The position numbers and the translations under genes are program-made. From NCBI RefSeq assembly GCF_009914755.1, contig NC_060933.1: 64,000 nucleotides of DNA; one strand, written 5' to 3'. Position 1 is the first letter of the stretch, and the number at the start of each line of letters is the position of its first letter. The DNA comes from the human T2T-CHM13v2.0 reference genome, Homo sapiens. Below the pieces are notes generated by a model. The model did not search any database. It saw only the letters and a program-made list of their open reading frames with translations, and was not told the DNA's origin. Below are positions 13,241 to 27,304 of this stretch, in pieces.

Positions 13241-16200
13241 TCCCTTCCATTCCTTTCCATTCAATTCCATTCCATTCCATTCTATTCGGGTTAATTCCAT
13301 TCCATTCCACTCCATTCCATTCCATTCCATTCCATTCCATTGCAATCGAGTTGATTCCATTCCATTCCATTCCATTCCTTTCCGGATGATTCCATTCCAT
13401 TCCATTCCATTCCATTCGAATCCATTCCATTGCACTCGGGTTGATTCCATTCCATTCCATTCCATTCCATTCCTGTCCGTTCCGTTCCATTCCATTCCAT
13501 TCCATTCCATTCTATTCGGGTTAATTCCATTCCATTCCATTCCATTCCATTCCAATCCATACCATTCAAATTCCATTCCACTCCATTCCAATCGAGTTGA
13601 TTCCATTCCATTCCGTTCCATTCCATTCCATTCCATTCCAGTCCTTTCCATTCCATTCCACTCGGGGTGATTCCATTCTATTCATTTCCATTCCATTCCA
13701 TTCCATTGCAATCGAGTTGATTCCTTTGTTTTGCATTCCATTCCATTCCATTCCATTCCATTCCGGATTATTCCATTCCATTGCATTCCATTCCATTCCA
13801 TTACCCTGCACTCGGGTTGATTCCATTCCATTCCACTCCATTCCGTTCCATTCCATTCCATTCCACTGTATTCGGGTTAATTCCATTCCATTCCATTCCA
13901 TTCCATTCCATACCATTCTATTACAATCGAGTTGATTCCATTCCATTCCATTCCATACCATTCCATTCCACTCCATTCCATTCCGTTCCATTCCATTCCG
14001 TTCCATTCCGTTCCATTCCATTCCATTCCAATCTATTCGTGTTAATTCCATTCCATTCCATTCCATTCCATTCCATTCTATTCCATTCCATTGCAATCGA
14101 GTTGAATCCATTGCATTTCATTCCATTCCATTCCGGAAGATTCCATTCCATTGCATTCCATTCCATTCCATTCCCCTGCACTCGCGTTGATTCCATTCCA
14201 TTCCATTCCATTCCATTCCATTCCATTCCATTCCATTCCATTCCATTCCGGATGATTGCATTCCATTGCATTCCATTCCATTCCATTCCCCTGCACTCGG
14301 GTTGATTCCATTCCATTTCATTCCATTACATTCCGTTCCATTCCATTCCATTCAATTCTATTCGGGTTAATTCCATTCCATTCCATTAAAATTCCATTCC
14401 ATTCCATTCCATTGCAATCGAGTTGATTCCATTCCATTCCATTCCATTCCATTCCATTCCATTCCAATCGATTTGATTCCATTCCATTCCATTCCATTCC
14501 ACTCCATTCCAGTACTTTCCATTCCATTCCACTCGGGTTGATTCCATTCTATTCCTTTCCATTCCATTCCATTCCATTGCAATCGAGTTGATTCCTTTCG
14601 AGTTGAATGCATTCCATTCCATTCCATTCCATTACATTACATTGCACACGGGTTCATTCCATTCCATTCCATTCCATTCCATTCCATTCCATTTCATTCC
14701 ATTCCATTCTATTCCGTACCATTCCATTCCATCCCATTCCATTCCATTCCATTCCATGCCATTACACTCGGGTTGATTCCATTCCTTTCCATTCCATTCT
14801 TGTTGAATCCATTCCATTCCATTCCATTATATTCGAATCCATTCCATTCCATTCGAATCCATTCCATTGCAATCGGTTTGATTCTATTCCATTCCATTCC
14901 ATTCCATTCCATTCCATTTCATTCCATTCCCTTCCATTTCATTCGGACTGATTCTATTCAATTCCCTTACAATGCATTACATTCCATTCAATTCGGGATG
15001 TTTCCATTCCATTCCATTCCATTCCATTACATTCCATTCCATTGCATCGGGTTCATTCCTTTCCATTCCATTCCATTCCATTCCATTCGGGATGATTCCA
15101 TTCCATTGCATTCAATTCCATTCCATTCCCCTGCACTCGGGTTGATTACATTCCATTCCATTCCCTTCCATTCCTTTCCATTCCATTCCATTCCATTCTA
15201 TTCGGGTTAATACCATTCCATTCCACTCCATTCCATTCTATTCCATTCCATTCCATTCCATTGCAATCGAGTTGATTCCATTTCATTCCATTCCATTCCG
15301 TTCCGGATGATTCCATTCCATTGCATTCCATTCCATTCCATTCCCCTGCACTCGGGTTGATTCCATTCCATTCCACTCCATTCCGTTCCTTTACATTCCA
15401 TTACATTGTATTCGGGTTAATTCCATTCCATTCCATTCCATTCCATTCCATTCCATTCCATTCCATTCCATTCCATTACAATGGAGTTGATTCCATTCCA
15501 TTCCATTCCATACCATTCCATTCCATTCCATTCCATTCCATTCCGGTCCATTCCGTTCCATTCCATTCCATTCCATTCTATTCTTGTTAATTCCATTCCA
15601 TTCCATTCCATTCCATTCTATTCCATTCCATTGCAATCGAGTTGAATCCATTGCATTTCATTCCATTCCATTCCATTCCATTCCGGAAGATTCCATTCCA
15701 TTGCATTCCATTCCATTGCATTCCCCTGCACTCGCGTTGATTCCATTCCATTCCATTCCATTCCATTCCATTCCGTTCCGTTCCATTCCATTCCATTGCA
15801 TTCCATTCCACTCCATTCCGTTACGTTCCATTCCATTCCATTCCATTCTATTCGGGTTAATTCCATTCCATTCCATTCGATTGCAATCGAGTTGATTCCA
15901 TTCCATTCCATTCCATTCCATTCCATTCCATTCCGGATGATTGCATTCCATTGCATTCCATTCCATTCAATTCCCCTGCACTCGGGTTGATTCCATTCCA
16001 TTTCATTCCATTACATTCCGTTCCATTCCATTCCATTCCATTCTATTCGGGTTAATTCCATTCCATTCCATTAAAATTCCATTCCCTTCCATTCCATTGC
16101 AATCGAGTTGATTCCATTCCATTCCATTCCATTCCATTCTAATCGATTTGATTCCATTCCATTCCATTCCATTCCACTCCATTCCAGTCCTTTCCATTCC

Positions 16201-16750
16201 ATTCCACTCGGGTTGATTCCATTCTATTCCTTTCCATTCCATTCCATTCCATTGCAATCGAGTTGATTCCTTTCGAGTTGAATCCATTCCATTCCATGCC
16301 ATTACATTGCACACGGGTTCATTCCATTCCATTCCATTCCATTCCATTCCATTCCATTCCATTCCATTTCATTCCATTCCATTCTATTCCGTACCATTCC
16401 ATTCCATCCCATTCCATTCCATTCCATTCCATGCCATTACACTCGGGTTGATTCCATTCCTTTCCATTCCATTCTTGTTGAATCCATTCCATTCCATTCT
16501 TGTTGAATCCATTCCATTCCATTCCATTATATTCGAATCCATTCCATTCCATTCGAATTCATTCCATTGCACTCGGTTTGATTCCATTCCATTCCATTCC
16601 ATTCCATTTCATTCCATTGCCTTCCATTTCATTCGGACTGATTCTATTCAATTCCCTTACACTCCATTCCATTCCATTCCATTCGGGATGTTTCCATTCC
16701 ATTCCATTCCATTCCATTCCATTGCATCGGGATCATTCCATTCCATTCCA

Positions 16751-16955
16751 TTCCATTCCGGATGATTCCATTCCATTGCATTGAATTCCATTCCATTCCC
16801 CTGCACTCGGGTTGATTACATTCCATTCCATTCCCTTCCATTCCTTTCCATTCCATTCCGGATGATTCCATTCCATTGCATTCAATTCCATTCCATTCCC
16901 CTGCACTCGGGTTGATTACATTCCATTCCATTCCCCTCCATTCCTTTCCATTCCA
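16751..16955 (+). repeat. 100-bp local tandem duplication
   Basis: CCGGATGA...CCCCTGCACTCGGGTTGATTACATTCC...CCTTTCC repeated at 16751 and 16851. Confidence 0.8.
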
Positions 16956-17021
16956 TTCCATTCCATTCTATTCGGGTTAATTCCATTCCATTCCACTCCA
17001 TTCCATTCCATTCCATTCCAT

Positions 17022-20000
17022 TCCATTCCATTGCAATCGAGTTGATTCCATTCCATTACATTCCATTCCATTCCGTTCCGGATGATTCCATTCCATTGCA
17101 TTCCATTCCATTCCATTCCCGTGCAGTCGGGTTGATTCCATTCCATTCCATTCCATTCCACTCCATTCCGTTCCGTTCCGTTCCATTCCATTCCATTCCA
17201 TTCCATTCTATTCGGGTTAATTCCATTCCATTCCATTCCATTCCATTCCATTCCATTCAAATTCCATTCCACTCCATTCCAATCGAGTTGATTCCATTCC
17301 ATTCCGTTCCATTCCTTTCCACTCCATTCCAGTCCTTTCCATTCCATTCCACTCTGGTTGATTCCATTCTATTCATTTCCATTCCATTCCATTCCATTGC
17401 AATCGAGTTGATTCCATTGTTTTGCATTCCATTCCATTCCATTCCATTCCGGATGATTCCATTCCATTGCATTCCATTCCATTCCATTCCCCTGCACTCG
17501 GGTTCATTACATTCCATTCCATTCCCTTCCATTCCTTTCCATTCCATTCCATTCCATTCTATTCGGGTTAATTCCATTCCATTGCACTCCATTCCATTCC
17601 ATTTAATTCCATTCCATTGCAATCGAGTTGATTCCATTCTATTCCATTCCATTCCTTTCCGGATGATTCCATTCCATTCCATTCCATTCGAATCCATTCC
17701 ATTGCACTCGGGTTGATTCCATTAAATTCCATTCCATTCCATTCCAGTCCGTTCCGTTCCATTCCATTCCATTCCATTCTATTCGGGTTAATTCCATTCC
17801 ATTCCATTCAATTCCTTTCCAATCCATACCATTCAAATTCCATTCCACTCCATTCCAATCGAGTTGATTCCATTCCATTCCGTTCCATTCCATTCCATTC
17901 CATTCCACTCCTTTCCATTCCATTCCACTCGGGGTGATTCCATTCTATTCATATCCATTCCATTCCATTCCCTTGGAATCGAGTTGATTCCTTTGTTTTG
18001 CATTCCATTCCATTCCATTCCATTCCATTCCATTCCGGATGATTCCATTCCATTGTATTCCATTCCATTCCATTCCCCTGCACTCGGTTTGATTCCATTT
18101 CATTCCACTCCATTCTGTTCCATTCCATTCCATTCCATTGTATTTGGGTTAATTCCATTCCATTCCATTCCATTCCATTCCATTCCATTCCATTACAATC
18201 GAGTTGATTCCATTCCATTCCTTTCCATTCCATTCGATTCCATTCCATTCCCCTGCACTCGCGTTGATTCCATTCCATTTCATTCCATTACATTCCGTTC
18301 CATTCCATTCCATTCCATTCTATTCGGGTTAATTCCATTCCATTCCATTAAAATTCCATTCCATTCCATTCCATTGCAATCGAGTTGATTCCATTCCATT
18401 CCATTCCATTCCATTCCATTCCAATCGATTTGATTCCATTCCATTCCATTGCATTGCACTCCATTCCAGTCCTTTCCATTCCATTCCACTCGGGTTGATT
18501 CCATTCTATTCCTTTCCATTCCATTCCATTCCATTGCAATCGAGTTGATTCCTTTCGAGTTGAATCCATTCCATTCCATTCCATTCCATTACATTGCACA
18601 CGGGTTCATTCCATTCCATTCCATTCCATTCCATTCCATTCCATTCCATGCCATTCCATTCCATTTCATTCCATTCCATTCTATTCCGTACCATTCCATT
18701 CCATCCCATTCCATTCCATTCCATTCCATGCCATTACACTCGGGTTGATTCCATTCCTTTCTATTCCATTCTTGTTGAATCCATTCCATTCCATTCCATT
18801 ATATTCGAATCCATTCCATTCCATTCCAATCCATTCCATTGCACTCGGTTTGATTCCATTCCATTCCATTCCATTCCATTTCATTCCATTCCCTTCCATT
18901 TCATCCGGACTGATTCTATTCAATTCCCTTACACTCCATTACATTCCATTCCATTCGGGATGTTTCCATTCCATTCCATTCCATTGCATCGGGTTCATTC
19001 CATTCCATTCCATTCCATTCCATTCCATTCCGGATGATTCCATTCCATTGCATTCAATTCCATTCCATTCCCCTGCACTCGGGTTGATTACATTCCATTC
19101 CATTCCCTTCCATTCCTTTCCATTCCAATCCATTCCATTCTATTCGGGTTAATTCCATTCCATTCCACTCCATTCTATTCCATTCCATTCCATTCCATTC
19201 CATTCCATTCCATTCCATTCCATTTCAATCGACTTGATTCCATTCCATTGCATTCCATTCCGTTCCGGATGATTCCATTCCATTGCATTCCATTACAATC
19301 CCTTCCCGTGCAGTCGGGTTGATTCCATTCCATTCCATTCCATTCCACTCCATTCCGTTCCGTTCCATTCCATTCCATTCCTTTCCATTCTATTCGGGTT
19401 AATTCCATTCCATTCCATTCCATTCCATTCCATTCCATTCCATTCCATTCAAATTCCATTCCACTCCATTCCAATCGAGTTTATTCCATTTTATTCCGTT
19501 CCATTCCATTCCACTCCATTCCAGTCCTTTCCATTCCATTCCTCTCGGGTTGATTCCATTCTATTCATTTCCATTCCATTCCATTCCATTGCAATCGAGT
19601 TGATTCCATTGTTTTGCATTCCATTCCATTCCATTCCATTCCGTTCCGTTCCGTTCCATTCCATTCCATTCCATTCTATTCGGGTTAATTCCATTCCAAT
19701 CCATTCCATTCCATTCCAATCGAGTTGATTCCATTCCATTCCATTCCATTCCATTCCACTCCATTCCAGTCCTTTCCATTCCATTCCACTCGGGTTGATT
19801 CCAATGTATTCCTTTCCATTCCATTCCATTCCATTGCAATCGAGTTGATTCCATTGCTTTGCATTCCATTCCATTCCATTCCATTCCGGATGATTCCATT
19901 CCATTGCATTCCATTCCATTGCATTCTCCTGCACTCGGGTTGATTCCATTCCATTCCACTCCATTCCGTTCCATTCCTTTCCATTCCATTGTATTCGGGT

Positions 20001-22028
20001 TAATTCCATTCCATTCCATTCCATTCCATTCCATTCCATTACAATCGAGTTGATTCCATTCCATTCCATTCCATTCCAGTCCTTTCCATTCCATTCCACT
20101 CGGGTTGATTCCATTCTATTAGTTTCCATTCCATTCCATTCCCTTCCATTCCACTCTGGTTGATACCATTTCTTTCCATTCCACTCGAATACATTCTCTC
20201 CTATTCCACTCGGAACGATTCCATTCCATTCCATTCCATTCCATTCCATTCCATTCCATTCCATTCCATTCCATTCCATTCCATTTCTTTCCATTCCATT
20301 CTATTCCGTATCATTCCATTCCATTCCATTCCATTCCATTCCATTCCATTCCATTCCATTGTACTCAGGTTGATTCAATTCCATTGCATTCCATTCCATT
20401 CCATTCCATTCCATTCCATTCCGTTGCATTCCATTCCATTACATTCGGATTGATTCTATTCAACTCCCTTACTCTCCATTACATTCCATTCCATTCGGGT
20501 TGTTCCATTCCATTCCATTCCATTCCACTCCATTCCATTGCACTCGGGTTGATTCCATTCCATTCCATTCCATTCCATTCCATTCCATTCCATTCCATTC
20601 CGGATTATTCCATTCCATTGCATTCCGTTCCATTACATTCCCCTGCACTCGCGTTGATTCCATTCCATTCCATTCCATTCCATTCAATTGCATTCCATTA
20701 CAATTCGTTCCATTCCATTCTATTCCGTACCATTCTATTCCATTCCATACCATTCCATTCCATTCCATTCCATTCCATTCCGTTCCATTCCGTTCCATTC
20801 CATTCCATTCCATTCTATTCAGATTAATTCCATTCCATTCCATTCCATTCCATTCTATTCCATTCCATTGCAATCGAGTTGAATCCATTGCATTTCATTC
20901 CATTCCATTCCATTCCATTCCATTCCGGAAGATTGCATTCCATTGCATTCCATTCCATTCCATTCCCCTGCACTCGCGTTGATTCCATTCCATTCCATTC
21001 CATTCCATTCCATTCCGTTCCGTTCGATTCCATTCCATTCCATTCCATTCCGTTCCGTTCCATTCCATTCCATTCAATTCTATTCGGGTTAATTCCATTC
21101 CATTCCATTCGATTGCAATCGAGTTGATTCCATTCCATTCCATTCCATTCCATTCCATTCCATTCCATTCCATTCCTTTCCATTCCATTACGGATGATTC
21201 CATTACATTGCATTCCATTCCATTCCATTCCCCTGTACTCGGGTTGATTCCATTGCATTCCATTCCAATCCATGCCATTCCACTCGTGTTGATTCCATTC
21301 TTTCCATTCCATTCAAGTTGAATCCATTCCATTGCATTGCATTCCATTCGATTCCATTCGATTGCACTCGGGTTGATTCCATTCCATTGCATTCCATTCC
21401 ATTCCATTCCATTCCATTCCATTCCGTTCCGTTCCATTCCATTCCATTACATTCGGATTGATTCTATTCAATTCCCTTACACTCCATTACATTCCATTCC
21501 ATTCGGGTAGTTTCCATTCCATTCCATTCCATTCCATTCCTCTCCATTCCATTGCACTCGGGTTGATTCCATTCCATTGTATTCCATTCCATTCCATTCA
21601 ATTCCATTCCGTTCCATTCCATTCCATTACATTCGGATTGATTCTATTCAACTCCGTTACTCTCCATTACATTCCATTCCATTCGGGTTGTTCCATTCCA
21701 TTCCATTCCATTCCACTCCATTCCATTGCACTCGGGTTGATTCCATTCCATTCCATTCCATTCCATTCCATTCCGGAAGATTCCATTCCATTGCATTCCA
21801 TTCCATTCCATTCCCCTGCACTCGCGTTGATTCCATTCCATTCCATTCTATTCCATTCCATTCCCTTCCTTTCCGTTCCATTCCATTCCATTCCATTCCA
21901 TTCCGTTCCGTTCCATTCCATTCCATTCCATTCTCTTCGGGTTAATTCCATTCCATTCCATTCGATTGCAATCGAGTTGATTCCATTCCATTCCATTCCA
22001 TTCCATTCCATTCCATTCCATTCCATTC
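17022..22028 (+). repeat. Older ~4.5-5 kb block, copy A
   Basis: ORFs recur at about +5613 to +5668 (17257/22925, 18280/23938, ends 21437/27060) and about +10069 to +10084 (17257/27331, 19491/29565, 21458/31542). Confidence 0.85.
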
Positions 22029-22689
22029 CTTTCCATTCCATTACGGATGATTCCATTCCATTGCATTCCATTCCATTCCATTCCCCTGTACTTGGGTTGA
22101 TTCCATTCCATTCCATTCCAATCCATGCCATTCCACTCGTGTTGATTCCATTCTTTCCATTCCATTCAAGTTGAATCCATTCCATTGGATTCCATTCCAT
22201 TCGATTCCATTCGATTGCACTCGGGTTGATTCCATTCCATTGCATTCCATTCCATTCCATTCCATTCCATTCCATTCCATTCCATTCCGTTCCATTCCAT
22301 TCCATCACATTCGGATTGATTCTATTGAATTCCCTTACACTCCATTACATTCCATTCCATTCGGGTAGTTTCCATTCCATTCCATTCCATTCCTCTCCAT
22401 TCCATTGCACTCGGGTTGATTCCATTCCATTGCATTCCATTCCATTCCATTCAATTCCATTCCGTTCCATTCCATTCCATTACATTCGGATTGATTCTAT
22501 TCAACTCCCTTACTCTCCATTATATTCCATTCCATTCGGGTTGTTCCATTCCATTCCATTACATTCCACTCCATTCCATTGCACTCGGGTTTATTCCATT
22601 CCATTCCATTCCATTCCATTCCATTCCATTCCATTCCTTTCCGTTCCATTCCATTCCATTCCATTCCGTTCCGTTCCATTCCATTCCAT

Positions 22690-25600
22690 TCCATTCCATT
22701 GCAATCGAGTTGATTCCATTCCATTACTTTCCATTCCATTCCGTTCCGGATGATTCCATTCCATTGCATTCCATTCCATTCCGTTCCCGTGCAGTCGGGT
22801 TGATTCCATTCCATTCCATTCCATTCCACTCCATTCCGTTCCGTTCCGTTCCATTCCATTCCATTCCATTCCATTCTATTCGGGTTAATTCCATTCCATT
22901 CCATTCCATTCCATTCCATTCCATTCAAATTCCATTCCACTCCATTCCAATCGAGTTGATTCCATTCCATTCCGTTCCATTCCTTTCCACTCCATTCCAG
23001 TCCTTCCCATTCCATTCCACTCTGGTTGATTCCATTCTATTCATTTCCATTCCATTCCATTCCATTGCAATCGAGTTGATTCCATTGTTTTGCATTCCAT
23101 TCCATTCCATTCCATTCCGGATGATTCCATTCCATTGCATTCCATTCCATTCCATTCCCCTGCACTCTGGTTCATTACATTCCATTCCATTCCCTTCCAT
23201 TCCTTTCCATTCCATTCCATTCCATTCTATTCGTGTTAATTCCATTCCATTGCACTCCATTCCATTCCATTTAATTCCATTCCATTGCAATCGAGTTGAT
23301 TCCATTCTATTCCATTCCATTCCTTTCCGGATGATTCCATTCCATTCCATTCCATTCGAATCCATTCCATTGCACTCGGGTTGATTCCATTAAATTCCAT
23401 TCCATTCCATTCCAGTCCGTTCCGTTCCATTCCATTCCATTCCATTCTATTCGGGTTAATTCCATTCCATTCCATTCAATTCCTTTCCAATCCATACCAT
23501 TCAAATTCCATTCCACTCCATTCCAATCGAGTTGATTCCATTCCATTCCGTTCCATTCCATTCCATTCCATTCCAGTCCTTTCCATTCCATTCCACTCGG
23601 GGTGATTCCATTCTATTCATATCCATTCCATTCCATTCCCTTGCAATCGAGTTGATTCCTTTGTTGTGCATTCCATTCCATTCCATTCCATTCCGGATGA
23701 TTCCATTCCATTGTATTCCATTCCATTCCATTCCCCTGCACTCGGTTTGATTCCATTTCATTCCACTCCATTCTGTTCCATTCCATTCCATTCCGTTGTA
23801 TTTGGGTTAATTCCATTCCATTCCATTCCATTCCATTCCATTCCATTCCATTACAATCGAGTTGATTCCATTCCATTCCTTTCCATTCCATTCGATTCCA
23901 TTCCATTCCCCTGCACTCGCGTTGATTCCATTCCATTTCATTCCATTACATTCCATTCCATTCCATTCCATTCCATTCTATTCGGGTTAATTCCATTCCA
24001 TTCCATTAAAATTCCATTCCATTCCATTCCATTGCAATCGAGTTGATTCCATTCCATTCCATTCCATTCCATTCCATTCCAATCGATTTGATTCCATTCC
24101 ATTCCATTCCATTGCACTCCATTCCAGTCCTTTCCATTCCATTCCACTCGGGTTGATTCCATTCTATTCCTTTCCATTCCATTCCATTCCATTGCAATCG
24201 AGTTGATTCCTTTCGAGTTGAATCCATTCCATTCCATTCCATTCCATTACATTGCACACGGGTTCATTCCATTCCATTCCATTCCATTCCATTCCATTCT
24301 ATGCCATTCCATTCCATTTCATTCCATTCCATTCTATTCCGTACCATTCCATTCCATCCCATTCCATTCCATTCCATTCCATGCCATTACACTCGGGTTG
24401 ATTCCATTCCTTTCCATTCCATTCTTGTTGAATCCATTCCATTCCATTCCATTATATTCGAATCCATTCCATTCCATTCCAATCCATTCCATTGCACTCG
24501 GTTTGATTCCATTCCATTCCATTCCATTCCATTTCATTCCATTCCCTTCCATTTCATTCGAACTGATTCTATTCAATTCCCTTACACTCCATTACATTCC
24601 ATTCCATTCGGGATGTTTCCATTCCATTCCATTCCATTGCATCGGGTTCATTCCATTCCATTCCATTCCATTCCATTCCATTCCGGATGATTCCATTCCA
24701 TTGCATTCAATTCCATTCCATTCCCCTGCACTCGGGTTGATTACATTCCATTCCATTCGCTTCCATTCCTTTCCATTCCAATCCATTCCATTCTATTCGG
24801 GTTAATTCCATTCCATTCCACTCCATTCCATTCCGTTCCATTCCATTCCATTCCATTCCATTTCAATCGACTTAATTCCATTCCATTGCATTCCATTCCG
24901 TTCCGGATGATTCCATTCCATTGCATTCCATTACAATCCCTTCCCGTGCAGTCGGGTTGATTCCATTCCATTCCATTCCATTCCACTCCATTCCGTTCCG
25001 TTCCATTCCATTCAATTCCATTCCATTCTATTCGGGTTAATTCCATTCCATTCCATTCCATTCCATTCCATTCCATTCCATTCCATTCAAATTCCATTCC
25101 ACTCCATTCCAATCGAGTTTATTCCATTCCATTCCGTTCCATTCCATTCCACTCCATTCCAGTCCTTTCCATTCCATTCCTCTCGGGTTGATTCCATTCT
25201 ATTCATTTCCATTCCATTCCATTCCATTGCAATCGAGTTGATTCCATTGTTTTGCATTCCATTCCATTCCATTCCATTCCGTTCCGTTCCGTTCCATTCC
25301 ATTCCATTCTATTCGGGTTAATTCCATTCCATTCCATTCCATTCCATTCCAATCGAGTTGATTCCATTCCATTCCATTCCATTCCACTCCATTCCAGTCC
25401 TTTCCATTCCATTCCACTCGGGTTGATTCCAATGTATTCCTTTCCATTCCATTCCATTCCATTGCAATCGAGTTGATTCCATTGCTTTGCATTCCATTCC
25501 ATTCCATTCCATTCCGGATGATTCCATTCCATTGCATTCCATTCCATTCCATTCTCCTGCACTCGGGTTGATTCCATTCCATTCCACTCCATTCCGTTCC

Positions 25601-27190
25601 ATTCCATTCCATTCCATTGTATTCGGGTTAATTCCATTCCATTCCATTCCATTCCATTCCATTCCATTACAATCGAGTTGATTCCATTCCATTCCATTCC
25701 ATTCCATTCCAGTCCATTCCATTCCATTCCACTCGGGTTGATTCCATTCTATTAGTTTCCATTCCATTCCATTCCCTTCCATTCCACTCTGGTTGATACC
25801 ATTTCTTTCCATTCCACTCGAATACATTCTCTCCTATTCCACTCGGAACGATTCCATTCCATTCCATTCCATTCCATTCCATTCCATTCCATTCCATTCC
25901 ATTTCTTTCCATTCCATTCTATTCCGTATCATTCCATTCCATTCCATTCCATTCCATTCCATTCCATTCCATTCCATTCCATTGTACTCAGGTTGATTCA
26001 ATTCCATTGCATTCCATTCCATTCCATTCCATTCCATTCCATTCCGTTGCATTCCATTCCATTACATTCGGATTGATTCTATTCAACTCCCTTACTCTCC
26101 ATTACATTCCATTCCATTCGGGTTGTTCCATTCCATTCCATTCCATTCCACTCCATTCCATTGCACTCGGGTTGATTCCATTCCATTCCATTCCATTCCA
26201 TTCCATTCCATTCCGGATGATTCCATTCCATTGCATTCCGTTCCATTACATTCCCCTGCACTCGCGTTGATTCCATTCCATTCCATTCCATTCCATTCAA
26301 TTGCATTCCATTACAATTCGTTCCATTCCATTCTATTCCGTACCATTCTATTCCATTCCATACCATTCCATTCCATTCCATTCCATTCCATTCCGTTCCA
26401 TTCCGTTCCATTCCATTCCATTCCATTCTATTCAGATTAATTCCATTCCATTCCATTCCATTCCATTCTATTCCATTCCATTGCAATCGAGTTGAATCCA
26501 TTGCATTTCATTCCATTCCATTCCATTCCATTCCATTCCGGAAGATTGCATTCCATTGCATTCCATTCCATTCCATTCCCCTGCACTCGCGTTGATTCCA
26601 TTCCATTCCATTCCATTCCATTCCATTCCGTTCCGTTCCATTCCATTCCATTCCATTCCATTCCGTTCCGTTCCATTCCATTCCATTCCATTCTATTCGG
26701 GTTAATTCCATTCCATTCCATTCGATTGCAATCGAGTTGATTCCATTCCATTCCATTCCATTCCATTCCATTCCATTCCATTCCATTCCATTCCATTCCT
26801 TTCCATTCCATTACGGATGATTCCATTCCATTGCATTCCATTCCATTCCATTCCCCTCTACTCGGGTTGATTCCATTCCATTCCATTCCAATCCATGCCA
26901 TTCCACTCGTGTTCATTCCATTCTTTCCATTCCATTCAAGTTGAATCCATTCCATTGCATTGCATTCCATTCGATTCCATTCGATTGCACTCGGGTTGAT
27001 TCCATTCCATTGCATTCCATTCCATTCCATTCCATTCCATTCCATTCCGTTCCGTTCCATTCCATTCCATTACATTCGGATTGATTCTATTCAATTCCCT
27101 TACACTCCATTACATTCCATTCCATTCGGGTAGTTTCCATTCCATTCCATTCCATTCCTCTCCATTCCATTGCACTCGGGTTGATTCCAT
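22690..27190 (+). repeat. Older block, copy B (recopied at +14902)
   Basis: Same order of rare words as 17022-21575 (ATTCAAATTCC, ACTCGGGGTG, ATTAAAATTCC, TGCACACGGG, GGAACGA, TTCAGATTAA). Offset drifts in steps of 5 bp. Confidence 0.85.
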
Positions 27191-27304
27191 TCCATTCCAT
27201 TCCATTCCATTCCATTCCATTCCATTCCATTCCATTCCATTCCATTCCGGATGATTCCATTCCATTGCATTCCATTCCATTACATTCCCCTGCACTCGGG
27301 TTGA

